From Octopus sinensis (lineage: Eukaryota), in contig NC_043001.1 of the NCBI RefSeq assembly GCF_006345805.1, forward strand, positions 56,978,001 through 57,042,000: a DNA stretch of 64,000 nucleotides. The letters are read 5' to 3'. This document shows, piece by piece, positions 1-13,821 of this stretch; position 1 is the first letter of the stretch, and the number at the start of each line of letters is the position of its first letter. The notes beneath the pieces are model-generated. The model was not told the DNA's origin and did not search any database. It saw only the letters and a program-made list of their open reading frames with translations. Position numbers and translations under genes: made by a program.

Positions 1-1488
1 ATTTTACTGGTACTTAGTACAACAGTGGCTCCTAATATTTTATTATTATTGTTATTGTGTAAGTTAATTATATTCTTGTCTCACTTGTTTATCTAATTTT
101 GTTGTAGTTATTTTATAAGTTAATGTTGTTGGTATTGGTGATGATGACGGTGATGTTGCTGATATGTTAGCTTTTGTTTCTATTGCATTTCTTGTTTGTT
201 TATTGTTTGTCAAACAGAAATATCTTCACGCTGTTATGAAGAACAATTGTTGCCACGCCATTCATTTATTGTTGTAAATATAACAACAGCAATAATTACA
301 CGACAAAATGTCGTCGTAATCATGTTTTAGTCCCAGGTCAACCGCAATCGTGAAGAAATATTTTATTAGTTTTTAATTGTGTGTGTGTGTTTGTGTATGG
401 TCATATAAGTTAGATACACAGACATACACATTTAAATAATGATAATGTTGATCTCGAATGATACTACAGACTATTGATCTCTATTCACTCACTCTATTTG
501 TGTGTGTGGATGTGTGAGTGTATGCGTGTATGTTTGTGTGTATGTGTGTGTGTGTGTGTGTGTGTATGTTTGTGTGTGTGTGTGCGTGTGCGTTCTGTCT
601 TTCCTGTGCCTCGTATTCGCGGTGTCATATTTTAAACGACCGTATCCAGGTTTGTTTTAAATCGTTGATACAGAGAAAATGTGCCTGTGGACGAAAAAAT
701 GTAAAAGAAAATAAATATTTAGCAGGAGTGGAGAAATGTAAGGTACATAAATCTTTATGCCTTTCAGAGCCGCTGAAGTTCTTTAGCAGAAAAGAGTATG
801 CTATATTCCAGCCGGAGGTGTTGCAAATGCTTTCAAAGCAGCAGACGTCGCTAAAATTACCCAAGTAGAAGGCAGAGGAGTTCAACCGGTTGATGGATAG
901 TATGAATCCATTAAGAACTCGATGCTCAAAGAATTGGGGTAAATACCAGAAGATATCTTATCTGATACTCTAAAAATTCTCCCAATCCTTCCCATGGTTT
1001 GCTATTTTATTTTAGCAACACAAGTAAGGATGAAACGAAAGGTGACCTCGACCTAACGATGCAGAAATGAGACAAGCACAGCATTGCTGTATTTGTTCCA
1101 GTATCTGCATTCTGCATTACAGTAGCTCTCCCAACTGGCCGTCAGTGATTGTTCATTCTGTCATATCACAGACGAATTCAAAACAAGAATAAATTTTTGT
1201 ATTGAAAAGTGTAGATCGTTCAATAATCTTGTCTGAAAACAAGATTGGAGTATCTAACTTGCTCTGTATTTCATGATATGTTAGGTCACTCAAGGCTAGC
1301 CTCAGGACAACCACATTAAAAACAACATGATTACTATTAGAATATTAGAATGTATTAAATATGCACTTATACTACTGTTCCCGCATGATCAGATGCACTG
1401 AAGGAAGGAAATATACAAAACAATGTCTTAAAAAATAAGAAAAGATTTTCGCAGAAACCATGATTGCTATGCCATCCTATTTTCTCTA

Positions 1489-1489
<1 letters not shown>

Positions 1490-1573
<84 letters not shown>

Positions 1574-1615
1574 ACCCGCGTGTGTGTGTGTACGTGTGTG
1601 TGTTTGTGTGTGCAT
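1490..1615. repeat. Compound (TA)n/(TG)n microsatellite
   Basis: Directly visible dinucleotide runs. Confidence 0.95.
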
Positions 1616-3527
1616 GGGTGAGTGTGCGTGCGTGTTTGCCTAATTCTGTTTAATGTTGATTTGTGCAGACAATTGTTGAAAACTGTATGTGCCATTCGTT
1701 TACAGTAATTTAGAATGAAATTATCGTTGGAAAACATTTAGTCGTAGATTTCTCTTTATGTAAGTTATTCTGTAAATATACTTCTAGCTTCTTCCTGCAT
1801 ATGAACGAAGCTGCAATAAGAGATTTCAAGTGATAACCTTCTGGCTATAGTTTGAATGCACCCACCTCCACTCAGTCAACAAATAAACGCTGCAGTGTTT
1901 TTATTGTATTTTTCTACTGTCAGCTTTAATAATGATGGGCCTACTCTGTTTACCTGTCAGGATTTGATATTCAAAATGACAGTCACTTAACAGTAGTGGA
2001 GTGGGAGGTTTTTCCACCTTGTTAATTTACTTTTGAAATCTAACCTATTTGAACTGCTACAACAGTTAGAAATGCACACAAAATAATGGACACAACTGCC
2101 AAATAAACCTCAATTTTACACAAGATTTCTTTTTTGTTGTGTTTTTATTTAAATTTTTTATTTTTGTCAGGCTTGACACTGAACTGGTTAAACCTGTTCT
2201 TAGTGTTAATGTTTCTGTTTCTATCATCTGTCAATTCTGCCAAATTCTCATTACATCATGCTTCCTCTCGTGTTAACATATTTAGAAGTTCCACTACTGT
2301 CACATTAGAACTACATTAAGCAGTTTTGCAGATGGATTATTTTATTTTATTATTATTTTAGTTGGCAATTTTATTCAAAGAAGTTTGACTTTAGTCAGAA
2401 ACTGCAGAAGCTCTCAGGAATGAAAGAGATGAGAAGCATAAATTTACTTCACCTGATGGAACGCCTTAAGAGTTACTCTTTGGGGGATTATAGCGATACA
2501 GTTCAGGAAAATATGTTTTAATAGATCGAGACTTCTCGGAATATTATGTATGCATACTATGTAGTGTACAGGCGAATTGAGGGCTACACAATGGTCAGTA
2601 GGAAAACAAGCGCTTTGCTGGATAATGATGTACTGCTGTTGTTTAAATATTAGGAAAAAATAAATAAATAGTAGACGTTATATGCCAGTGGTATTGAATT
2701 TATTTTGTAAGAAAATTAAAATATTAGAATTTACTATTAATTGTTTCAAAGAACAGATCACGTCATTGGTGTTTTACAAAAAATATAAAACATAGTAATA
2801 TCTTAGGATATTTTTTGTTTACATATAATAGCGTTTATTCGTATATTCCTGTTAGGGGATCATCATCAACATCACCAACAACAATAACGACGACGACGAC
2901 GACGACGACAACAGCAGCAACAAGAGCGAGAAGAATAACAACCATGCAAGTTTCATATAGACTGCAACACAGATTTAACTAGATAGAAGCTGAGAAATTT
3001 TAGTTTACCTTTGTTTTACTTTATTCTTCACATTCCGCGAAATCTTTTCGTTGTCAATAAACGACAGAACTCAAAATTTAGCCTGGCGTCTTTACTTTTA
3101 TTATTTAATCACTGCACAAGGTGGTGTTTCGGTGATACTTTCAAAGAACAGCCAACGCTGAGACCTCAATATGGGTGCTCAAACTACAAGAGATAGATGG
3201 TAAACGAATTAAATGTGGTTTCTATGGTTCACACACAACATAAATGATGGAATGTTGTGCTAGATGCGATTTAGTGTTGTAGTATTCGACGAACTGATTT
3301 AAAGGAGATTTGGTTGACGTAGTAGAGGTAGAAGAAGCTCTGATAATAAACAATTAATATGTAATCTGGTACCAGTGATGAAATGGGACGTTAGTTTTCG
3401 TTATCTGCTTAAGTGTAATAAAACGTAATATATCGGATTGTGTAAGTGCAACATTCTACTAGATATGGAATAAGTAATTCAATGCAACTGGCTTCAAGTT
3501 TACTGCGTTAATAGCTGATCAGAGAAA

Positions 3528-3924
3528 AGGCGGCGAGCTGGCAGAAACGATAGCATGCCGGGCGAAATGCTTAGCGGTATTTCGTCTGCCGTTACATTCT
3601 GAGTTCAAATTCAGCCGAGGTTGACTTTACCTTTCGTCCTTTCGGGGTCGATTAAATAAGTACCAGTTACGCACTGAAGTCGATATTATCGACTTAATCC
3701 GTTTGTCTGTCCTTGTTTGTCCCTTCTGTATTTAGCCCCTTGTGGGTAGTAAAGAAATATGTATTTCGTCTGTCTTTACGTTCTGAGTTCAAATTTCGCC
3801 GAGGTCAACTTTGTCTTTCATCCGTTCGGTATCGATAAATTAAGTAACAGTTGCGTACTGGGGTCGATCCAATCGACTGGCCCCATCCCTCAAAGTTTCG
3901 GGCGTTGTACCTGGGGGAGAAAAG
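3528..3924 (+). mobile_element. tRNA-derived SINE with an internally duplicated (dimeric) body and an 18-bp target-site duplication
   Basis: Head GGCGGCGAGCTGGCAGAAACG. B-box-like GAGTTCAAAT occurs twice (~3601 and ~3786) within two similar blocks. Flanked by AATAGCTGATCAGAGAAA at 3510-3527 and 3925-3942. Confidence 0.85.
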
Positions 3925-4236
3925 AATAGCTGATCAGAGAAATTTAACATTTTAGGGATTCAGTTAAGTGTTATTCATGTAAAGTGAAGATTAGTGTTAC
4001 ACTAACGCCCTCATGTGTGTAGTAACAAGAACTTGGAACTGGTAAGTTTGTCAAAATATTATTGGAAAACAGTCAGTGTGAACAGCGAGAAAGTCATTAA
4101 AGTTATACAAAATATAACGTGAAGTGTTTAATTTACGTGTCATTAAGACTAGTGTGTGTTTTAGTATGTATGCACATCGTTTATTCCAGAAGTTTAAAGA
4201 CATTTTCAGGAGATAAATTTCTTAATTTCAAGTCAG

Positions 4237-5354
4237 TACGAAACTTTAATCTTCTTAAAAATAAGATACTCTGATTTGAATGTATTTGCTTTAGCGTTCC
4301 AGCCACTGCTTGAAGGCCTAGTGCAAGTCCTCTAAAATGATGGTGTCTAGGATCCTTGTCAAACAATGCTACGAAGGGTGCCCTTCAGCTTGGACAGGAA
4401 ACAAATACACGGGAAGACTGGTGTGGGCTGTGTGTGTGTGTCAGTTTTGATACTCATCCCTGTTAAGTTTAATAGAATTGTGGACTAGAACATTGTCCTG
4501 GGACAGTTTCCACGGTCCCAAGTGGAAGAACTCTGGTCTTCTCCGGCGCAATCTCTTCCTGAGATCCACCAAAACTTCCATAAAGTACTCTACTCAGAGG
4601 AAACCCTGTGGATGTAGTGATATCGTTGCTGCCAAAAATGTGGATCATCATGCTTTCTAGTAGATTTGCGTTGCCTGGCCTTCTTGGGTCTAGAGGAGCC
4701 ACGATGCTTCTCTTGGGTACTCTGTCTTTTGATGTCTGGATCATAGCAGTAGATCCAGCTTTATCATCAGAAACTCAAGTACTCTTGGATTACGAGTGAT
4801 GGACTCAGCTTCCCACAAGGCGTTTTTCCTTCTGTTCATCACTGAGCGCTTTCGAAACAAACTTTGCACAAGCATTGCGCATGCTCAGATCTTTATGAAT
4901 AATTATGTGTACAGATACCTTTGCAAGTCCAAACTGTATATTTATTGTCTTTATTGACACACAACGGTCTTCATTCTCAAAACTGTGAATTTTCTCAACC
5001 AGATCTTATATAGTGGCATCCCCTTCCCTTCGACATCCCGAACCGTCCCGTCTCTCACCTCTTTACCGTCCATGAATCCCTTGTACCAGCGCAAAACAAA
5101 ACCTCATCTCATACTAGCTAATCTATAAGCAATCTAGAGAATTTCATAAGTTTCTGTAGCATTTTTGCCGCATTTTAAACAAAATTTCATTGCAAAGTGA
5201 GTTGCTAAACTCTTTTTCACATCCCGACCTCAGTCAGCAAACTAGTCACCTGTGACTAGCTGTTTTAAAGTAGAGTGTGCTCAAAGTGATCCTACATCTG
5301 TCACGTTCAATCTCGAATAAAAATAAAGTTGGCAGGTCAGTTTATTTGCTGTAT
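4237..5354 (-). mobile_element. Degenerate mariner (Tc1/mariner) transposon, near full length
   Basis: Minus-strand frames give RWYKGF, MRNACAKFVSKALSDEQK, WIYCYDPDIKRQS and a QDNV-like motif, colinear with mariner transposase. Many frameshifts and stops. Ends approximate. Confidence 0.85.
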
Positions 5355-7574
5355 AGCACTGATATGCTGTAGAGTAATGATGAAATTACAATAATCAAGG
5401 ACAATTATAACTACCTCTCCTGAAAAAAACAACACAGACCTTCTGGAATGTACCTCGTAACTATCTATGTAATGTGTGTGCGTATTCTTGTATAAGGTTG
5501 GCAGTGAGGAAGAAACAAGAACATTAGTATTGTTTAAGCTGTAAAGTAAATAAGAGAATGAATAGCGAGAGTAGTTAGTGAATATTAAAGTGGTACGATG
5601 GAATCGGTACCTTCCTACCCAAAAGTTGAGATGCAACGTGGAGTCCATCGGTGGAGCTGACTGAAGCATTTCCTGACGTCAATGACAAAAATGAGAAGCA
5701 TAAGAGGACACCCCTATGTGAGGTAGGAGAGTAAATTTTCAGCAGACCTGGTTTAGTGAAGTAAAATTAATTTATGGAATTGTTTATAACTTTTGAATAT
5801 TCTTGCAATGCTGAAAGATATTTTGATAATCTTTTGAAAGAAGGGCAAATAATGCTCTTAAGTTTTCAACAACTCATCTTCGATTCAGTCTCAATTATAT
5901 AACTATTGTTGAGAAGGGCCACCAAACACAAATCGAGGTGGGGTACTTCATAAAATTCCCCCGGAGGCGCTACTCATTGTTTGAGGCACTATAATCTAAT
6001 ATCAAAAGGCTTTCAGGACCGTTATTATTGCTAACCATCAAAGGCACCACATAAAGGAGATTGTGTATCAAGAAATTTTTTTTTGCTTCGGAAGGATCGA
6101 TTGGTTATACCCTGGGTCAGAGTGATAAAAGCAAGCCAAAACCAGGCTCCACTCGTCAGGTGTACCATATAACTATGAATTTAATGGTTATCACTTCATT
6201 ATACGCGACGAAGACAATAATCTCATTAGTGTTATTATGAATCTTAAAGATTATGAGTCATTATGAGATATTTTCAGTTCAATACATATTTACGATGAAG
6301 GATAATACAAAATATATCTTTGAATGTGTTCAGTTGCTATTTTGTGTGAAAAAAGAACGCTGTTTTTATTATTTTTGATGCTATTCGTTTTCCTTCATCC
6401 CAGTGAAATATACAAGATGTTATCACAGCTATCATAAATGAAGACATATAAATAATTGTCTAGTGTGCAGATTTGCATGAACAATTTATTACCCTGCTGT
6501 ATTTTAATGTAAACTAAAGAATGTATCATTTGGAAATATATGGCAACACACAGACACACAGACAGACATATATACACGCAGAAACGTGCGCGCGCACACA
6601 CACACGCACGCGCAGGCACGCACATATGAAAATTATAGCTTGTAGTTTTCAGTTGTGATTAGTGATGTATGAAGATCCTTAGATTTCAAAAGCCAGGATT
6701 TCTGTTAACCAACAGAGATTACTGCAGGCCAACAGAATCTCTGAAGTAGCGATGATAAGTGTGTGGAAAGAAAAGAGGAAGGAAGTATTACTATACATGT
6801 AATACAACCAATAAACTCACGAGAATTATTATATTCAAGTAAACTGAATCATTTCAAGAAAACTGTCAGAGAATCTGTACTTTAAATACATAAAATGCAC
6901 TGGTGCAGCTGACAGTGTGAGTAGTTCTAGTTTAAAGGTTATGAACTGTTGTGATTTCCCACCCGAAATTCTAGATAAGTTAGTGACATAAAGTGATATA
7001 ATCAGTATTGCGGATAGATATAGATATGGTGAGGAATGAACGTATTGAAGTGGTTGGTAGAAGATTAGAGATCAGATGTAATAGAATCTGTCAGAAGTAT
7101 GGTATCATATGGCATTGAAAATATGCTAAAATAGGATGTTACACAGCAATGAAATATCTCAAAAATACGATGTTATACAGTAAAAAAATGGGAGCAAGAA
7201 ATAACAAAGACAAACCCTTCCCCTAAAAAAATGAGAATGGCATTGGAATATTGCTGATTAGATTTTTTGTGTGATTAGAGAGAATTCAGCATCCTCGTTT
7301 TATGCATATAAGGAGATTGAAACTGAAAACTAGAGGTGTCAGCTAATCCTGGAGATGTAATACATGTATATTTTTCGTGCCACTGTCACAATAAGGACCA
7401 CTGTAGAAACAAGCAAAAATTTATCCCTTCGTAATTAATGAGGTTCATTGAGAAAGATAGCAGTCAGGTTTGGGATGGTTGTGTTTGTGTCCTACGTCGG
7501 TGTACGCTGGACATTGCAGTAGTGTGGAACTTACCACCAAGCCCGATTTTGAACCATCACAATACCATTTTTTC

Positions 7575-7613
7575 AATACACACACCCACACACACACACA
7601 CAGAAATACACAT

Positions 7614-7644
<31 letters not shown>

Positions 7645-7869
7645 TAAACACATAAACCCGTATGCATTTAAATGTACAGCTGTTTATTTCTATATTATCT
7701 AATCGCGTATTTATGTGCATATGTGTGTTGTCCATTTGTATATATGTACAATGGTACATCTCCTTAGTTTTAGTATACCTTCCTACCTACCGGCTTACCT
7801 ACATACCTACCTTCCTAACTACCTACCTATCTACATATAGACATGCATACGAATGTACGTACGTATATA

Positions 7870-7912
<43 letters not shown>
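7575..7912. repeat. (CA)n and (TA)n microsatellites with a CTAC-like run
   Basis: Directly visible. Confidence 0.9.
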
Positions 7913-7915
<3 letters not shown>

Positions 7916-8680
7916 TAATATTTTGTAGGCGTGGCTCTATGGATAGACCTTTGCTTCCAAACTATTTAAATTTCGACGACAGCAAACCAACAGTCTGCCA
8001 AAATCTGTCGTCAACATCTTTTGAATAGGTTTTTAACACTGCAGTGCATACCTCGTCATTCATCATTATGACAACAATCTTTTTCTTCCATCATTCTTTC
8101 TCTTTCTCTTTTTGTTATTACTTTTTGACTCTAAACCACATCCATTCTATGCATATTTTGGATCTCGCCTTGTGCAACAACGCTCATTGGTTCTCTAAAA
8201 GTTACTTCCTTTGTTTATAGTTTTATTTTTTGCTATTGATCTTCCTATTCATTTGGACTCAACACTGTGCTGTGGCTGACTCAGGAATTATGCGCGGCAT
8301 GTACACTTCATTAAGGTAATCGCAGACTGTGATTAGTTAGGATGTGTAACATTTGCGTAATGAGTGACGGCAATTTAAGAAACATATGAATCTTATATTT
8401 AATCTGATTTACTCCCTCTGTAAATATATAAATATATATATATATATATAATTCCCATTTACTTTATACTTCTTGTTCTTAGTACTGAATTGTTTAATGT
8501 TCATATATTAATCAAATAATCTATGTATTTAGTAATACACCACATGTCCCTTAAAAGCCGGGTTGCCTTCGAAGGCTTTACTTCCAGCCACCGGTTGTAC
8601 TATATTTACAAACACAGTCAATATTATATTATAAATCTCTCCTTCTCTCCCTCGTTGACTGTCTCTGTTACTGTCTGTTT

Positions 8681-8713
<33 letters not shown>

Positions 8714-8797
8714 GGTTTGGCCATGGGCTCTTAGGAGCCTAGTTCGATTTGTTTTGCTCCGCCTCTGTTCTGTTTTTGTTTTTTCCAACGGATTTCC

Positions 8798-8890
8798 TAT
8801 TTCTTCCTGAAGAGAAAGACACAATATGGTCTCTTTATTCAATCGGAATTTGGTAAATTGTGCCTTTCGAAACACGTGTAGAATGAAATA
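8798..8890 (+). ncRNA. Type I hammerhead ribozyme (Penelope-LTR type) with intact core
   Basis: Stem I TATTTCTTC/GAA(T)GAAATA. Core CTGAAGA at 8807-8813. Stem II GAAAG-A-CACAAT/ATTGTG-C-CTTTC. GAAA at 8869-8872. Palindromic stem III ACACGTGT. GUA triplet with predicted cut after 8880. Confidence 0.75.
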
Positions 8891-9098
8891 AAACGATTTC
8901 TGTTCAATCTTCGTTCAACTCCATTTCTTCAATTCACTAATAATATTAAAATTCAATTATCCGCACCAACGCACGGTTGCAACACCATATGGTTGTACCT
9001 CCAACCGTGCTGTCTTCTGCTGTGATTTTTGCTACCAAGGTATCGGTTAAACTTTTGATTAATCTGCAACAAGATTATTCATCTTTCTATTTCACATA

Positions 9099-9132
<34 letters not shown>

Positions 9133-9787
9133 TCTCTTTTTTTTTGTAACCACTTGCCATTACTTCAAGAGACTCGTGTCTCTTTCATTCCGAAGGCTTA
9201 GTTACATAATACTTCTGTTTCAAGTACAGTGAAGCTGATCTTTGAATTTCTTTTATATTATTTTGTTGTCCTTTCTTCTGCTAATGACCAGTAGCTTTGG
9301 CATTTCCTATATCCAGTACAATCCTTGCCTCTAATATTATCGTGTTCTAAGTATTCCTGGTTTGCAATCCGGTATACGATATTTCTAACTAGTAATCTAA
9401 TGGATTGGTTACAATGCTTAATGTATTTCAATACATTTTAAAACCATACCACTCATTATACATGATTTTTGTACTTAATTTTATAGTTATATACTTCCTA
9501 CAACTTATTTATTCATTTGAAGTAAATTTTTTCATTTATTCATCATTATCATCATTCTTCGGGGTCGCTGAACATCCAATTCCTACCAGTCGGGACTCAT
9601 TTATTACTCATTACTTACTGATGAGTAATAAATGATATACTGATATACTCATCACTCACTGACTAGCAGGGTGGCTTTTGCAGGTTTAGTTACTGATCAT
9701 ACAAACTGAAATGCTTTATAAATATTGTTCCTCAACGTTTCAGAATTGTATTATCATCAATACAATCATTAAACAACCTATTAAAAT

Positions 9788-10000
9788 GAGGGAGAACTGG
9801 CAGAATCGTTAGCACACCAGAGATAAAGTTTAGCAGTATTTCTTCCAGCGTTACGTCTTGAGTTCGAATTTCACTGAGGTCGACATTGTCTGTCATCCTT
9901 TGGGGTCGACAAGATGAGTAGCACTCAATTTTTGGGGTTGTTAAGATAGGCGAGCCTCCTTTCCCCAACTTCCAGGCTTTGTACCTAACTGGTAAAAAAG
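9788..10000 (+). mobile_element. Degenerate tRNA-derived SINE, same family as 3528-3924
   Basis: GAACTGGCAGAATCGTTAGCAC head, GAGTTCGAAT B-box and GGGGTCGA body motif. Confidence 0.7.
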
Positions 10001-10627
10001 ATCAAATATACTGTTAAGTCACGTACATGTTATTCAAATTAAATCCGACGTCACAATACGAAATATTGTAAACTTTAGATTAGAATTGCTCAGGTGTTTT
10101 TTTATTTAGCACAACTGCAAAAAGTATTTCAATCATTCTTAATAAATCATTCATGTTTCACAAATGAAACTCTGCATTTATTAATTTAAATAAAATGATT
10201 TAAAAAAAAAACTAAATAACATTCATATTCTATTTTCTTTTAGGCAAAACAGTCGTTAATTATTTCCACTTTTCACTCCGTTTAATTTTAACCTTTCCAG
10301 TATACACTATTATATTTTAAAAACCAAATCAAAATAATTTTATTTACATTTATTATAGTATTCCAACCGTTTATTTTATTTTTTATATTGTATTTCTGAC
10401 CAGTTGATTAATTACTGCTATATTCCAACCTATTCTATTTGCAATTCACGCTTCATCTTCCACCTCTTTACATTTCCAATTCATTCAAACTTCTATAAGA
10501 GTACCACCTGTCAGTGTTCTGTTTGAAAATATCAGGCTTTCGCAAAACTTATAATTACTGTCTACTTTTTTTTTATTATGGATAGTTTACTCTATCCCTC
10601 ACATCGAGGCTTTTTCAGGTCAATGTT

Positions 10628-10638
10628 TCATATATATA

Positions 10639-10721
<83 letters not shown>

Positions 10722-10740
10722 TGACTTGATAATAATAATA

Positions 10741-10776
<36 letters not shown>

Positions 10777-10797
10777 CAACAACAACAACAATAATAA
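10628..10797. repeat. (TA)n followed by (TAA)n/(CAA)n microsatellite
   Basis: Directly visible. Confidence 0.95.
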
Positions 10798-11599
10798 TGA
10801 TTTCGTTTATTTGCTAGAAGGGCAAAGGATGAGGGGGACAATGGAAATACAGACATAAAGTGTGGGGGTTTACATATAATAGTGAAATGCTAAAAATAAA
10901 GTAAGAAGAAGAAGAAGAACAAGAACGAGGACGACGATGATGATGATGATTTGGTTTATTTTATCGACCCAGAAGAGATGGATGGAAAATTTGAGCTCAC
11001 TAGGACGTAAACTCAAAAAAGTGAAAGAGCTGTAACTAAATACCTCACCGTCACCCCACGCACTCATTCATAAAGGCACATTCACCACTAGCAAGCGAAT
11101 ATGAACTGGCAGTATTTCCTATCATTTCGTGAATTGTTTTAGGTATCTATGTAATCGAAAGTAGACTGACACACTTTCAGCCCTTTTTACCTCTTGGTAC
11201 ACTGGAGCATAGTGATTGTGACGGGTGGAATTAGAAAGGATTGCACCAGATGGAGAGAGAGAAGTTGGAAGAAAGAGAGACGAACGAGAGTTTTGAAGAA
11301 ATTTGAGAGTGATGGTTTTGGAAAAAGACTGAGTGGGGAGATTTTATGGCGAGTCAAATTTTTTTTTATAACATAGAGAGAAGGTCTAAGATGTGACTGC
11401 TGAGGAATATCCACTTATATCGACCATAGTCCTTAACTAGTGGTCTATTTTATCGATTATTTTATGCTTGAAAAACAAATAAGTTTTAAAATTCCCATAA
11501 AAAGAGAAACTGTGTTAGTTACTTCTCACATAGTAACGCAGAGAGCACAAAATAGGTAATTGGAAATACTGAAGATAAAGTTAATACCGATTAACTTTT

Positions 11600-11962
11600 T
11601 CTAATAATTATGAGAGCCAACTCCAGAAAATTTCGGTTTCATGTGACGGTTCCTTGCTTTGCTATTGAAGTCACCTAGAGTTGCCTCCCGTAGTTGTCCG
11701 AAAGATCAAAAATGAAATTTTGATTTCAGTCAGTTTCTCTGATTTCACACATCTGATGTTTCTTTTTAGTAATGTTTTTTAATATCAGTTGTGATGCTTC
11801 CGTTATTGGCTAACCCGAGATCAGTCCCAGTGGAGTGAACCTATCCCGACTACAATGACAGTTATGTTCTTCCTTCGTGAAGATATTAAGCTCTGATAGA
11901 GGGAAATATATTGAAGATGGTGTCTCCGTGCCCAGTCTCTATCGTTGATAGAGACTGTTGCT
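11600..11962 (+). mobile_element. Highly decayed Penelope-like GIY-YIG endonuclease 3' end plus pLTR relic
   Basis: Frameshifted fragments resembling SCD..YAIE, HTSDVS, RYWL and PSGVNL (typical endonuclease C-terminus). Followed by a perfect 11-bp hairpin at 11933-11957. Confidence 0.4.
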
Positions 11963-12034
11963 ATTGTTTGTGTTGCAGCTCTTGTCGGTTGTGTTATTCA
12001 ATATGTTATTGATGATATTCATATTGATTTAAAA

Positions 12035-12140
12035 CTTTGGCAGACGGCCAGCCAAGTCGATTACATCGAGCTCAGTAGTCAAATGGTGCTTACTTTATCG
12101 GACCCCGAAGGGTAAACGGTTAAGTCGACCTCGGCCGCAT
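12035..12140 (-). mobile_element. SINE fragment (3528 family)
   Basis: Reverse-complement similarity to the SINE body (GTCGATTACATCGA, CCCCGAAGGG, GTCGACCTCGGC). Confidence 0.6.
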
Positions 12141-13821
12141 TTATGGATGATTTCTGATTTTGTTCTTTATTTTCCACATAAAGCAGTCCTCCACATTCCA
12201 CATTCTGCTTTATAAGTACGCGGGTAAAAATGGATGGAGAAATAGATTATATTTCTAGGAGATTCAGTGGTCATATGGAAGTATCTTTCTTAAGACCTAG
12301 ATTTATTTTCGAAGTAGTATTTTTTCCTTTCTTTTACACACGCAATGATTAGACTGAATATTAGTAGCTTTTATATTCCTCGATAGTGTTTTTAGTCTCA
12401 GGCAAGCTGTGTTTTGGCAGAAATGCTGGAAGGCATTACAACAGCTGTCGTTATAAAAAGTACGTAGAACTTTATTGTCAAATATAAAATTTATTTATTT
12501 AAAAGTTTAAGGGAGATTTATCTGTTGTTTTCAGCAGACCAAATGACTACATATATACCTCTTGTCAAATGCAGAGTTGGCAGGATTTTTGTTTTGATTG
12601 GTTGTGCTTACTGCTGTAAAATATTTTCTACTTATTTTTGTTGTTGTAGCTACTGTTCTCGTTGAAGTTGTTAGGTTTCCCTGACTAATACCAAGTTATG
12701 TCCTGGTCTTTAAGTTCTATTACAAATGCCTTCTAGCCGTGAGTTTCGCATTATTTTCGTTTTGTTCAGATACCATATATTTAGAATTATACTATCTGAC
12801 CTGTGTTTTCATATTTTTACTATTAAGACATTAACGAATATTTAGCTACTATTTCTAGCAAGTCTATCAATCACGGATCCTCCATTGAACACTGTTCTTA
12901 CTCTAGTAGTTATTGCTGTTCATCAGTCCCAAGTCCACCCTGATCAAGTAGACTTGTGACCAAAGACATCCCTGCCTTAAATGCCCTCTTTTGTTTTTTA
13001 CTTTCGTGCAGGAAACCAGAAACATTATCTAACGTTTGTTAATCTTAGTCAGAGTAACTTGATTTTGGATAGATTTGGTGACAGATTCCAGTTACTACTT
13101 TTGGTTAATTATTCTTGTTATTGTTGTTGCTTGTATTGCTTTTGTCATTGACAAATCATCATTGTTGTTCGTGCTGATGTGAATTTCAAGTCCATCTATA
13201 GCTACCATTTAACTTACTGTAATATACCCAGAATTGCATTGTCCAATGTATTCTTCTAATTTTAAGGGGATATTTGGCTGTTATTCCTGGTAGTTTAGAG
13301 AAATCACGTAACAACACTTTGTGCTGTTTGTGTCCCGATAAAATAAATCGAGCACATTATTGATAAAAATCCTTGTAGCTGTGTCCATCCTATTTATATT
13401 TCATTCTGTTACTTTATGCAATGTACGCTTTTAATTACGGTAATTGTATGATATGAGGAAACATTTAGTTTTTATTCCTAACAGGTTAGTGACAATATGG
13501 AAGCTTTTCACATTCACTGGCAGTGTATATTGGTGTTATTATTGCTCTAAAAGTTTGTAATATTGATTCAATTCAACATTCCATTGTTCCTGTTGATTTT
13601 ATTGTTGATCTCCAGGTTAGTCACGATGCAGAGGCAAATGATCATGGCACTGAAGCTGTGATAAAATCACCATATATATATTTTTTTATTTAGTTAGTTA
13701 TATACAACAGAAGGCATTGCAGAGCACGTAACCTCAATTGTCCTTTCCTATCTAGGTAGTAGAACAAGTTTGGCTGCTATGACTAGCAAGTGATTTGGCC
13801 AATATGAAAGTTTCATAGTTG

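Noticed and set aside
518-885. 116-aa and 86-aa overlapping ORFs
   Set aside because: The start lies in a TG repeat at a non-ATG codon, and there is no recognisable domain or convincing splice context.
2452-2545. CTGATGG...GAGAC hammerhead-like spacing
   Set aside because: Both core halves are mutated and no stems could be drawn.
6060-6165. Minus-strand CTGACGA...GAAG hammerhead candidate
   Set aside because: No GAAA, no valid U16.1 and no stem I pairing.
9600-9632. 12-bp hairpin containing CTGATGA
   Set aside because: No downstream GAAA/stem III in register, and an AT-rich stem is plausible by chance.
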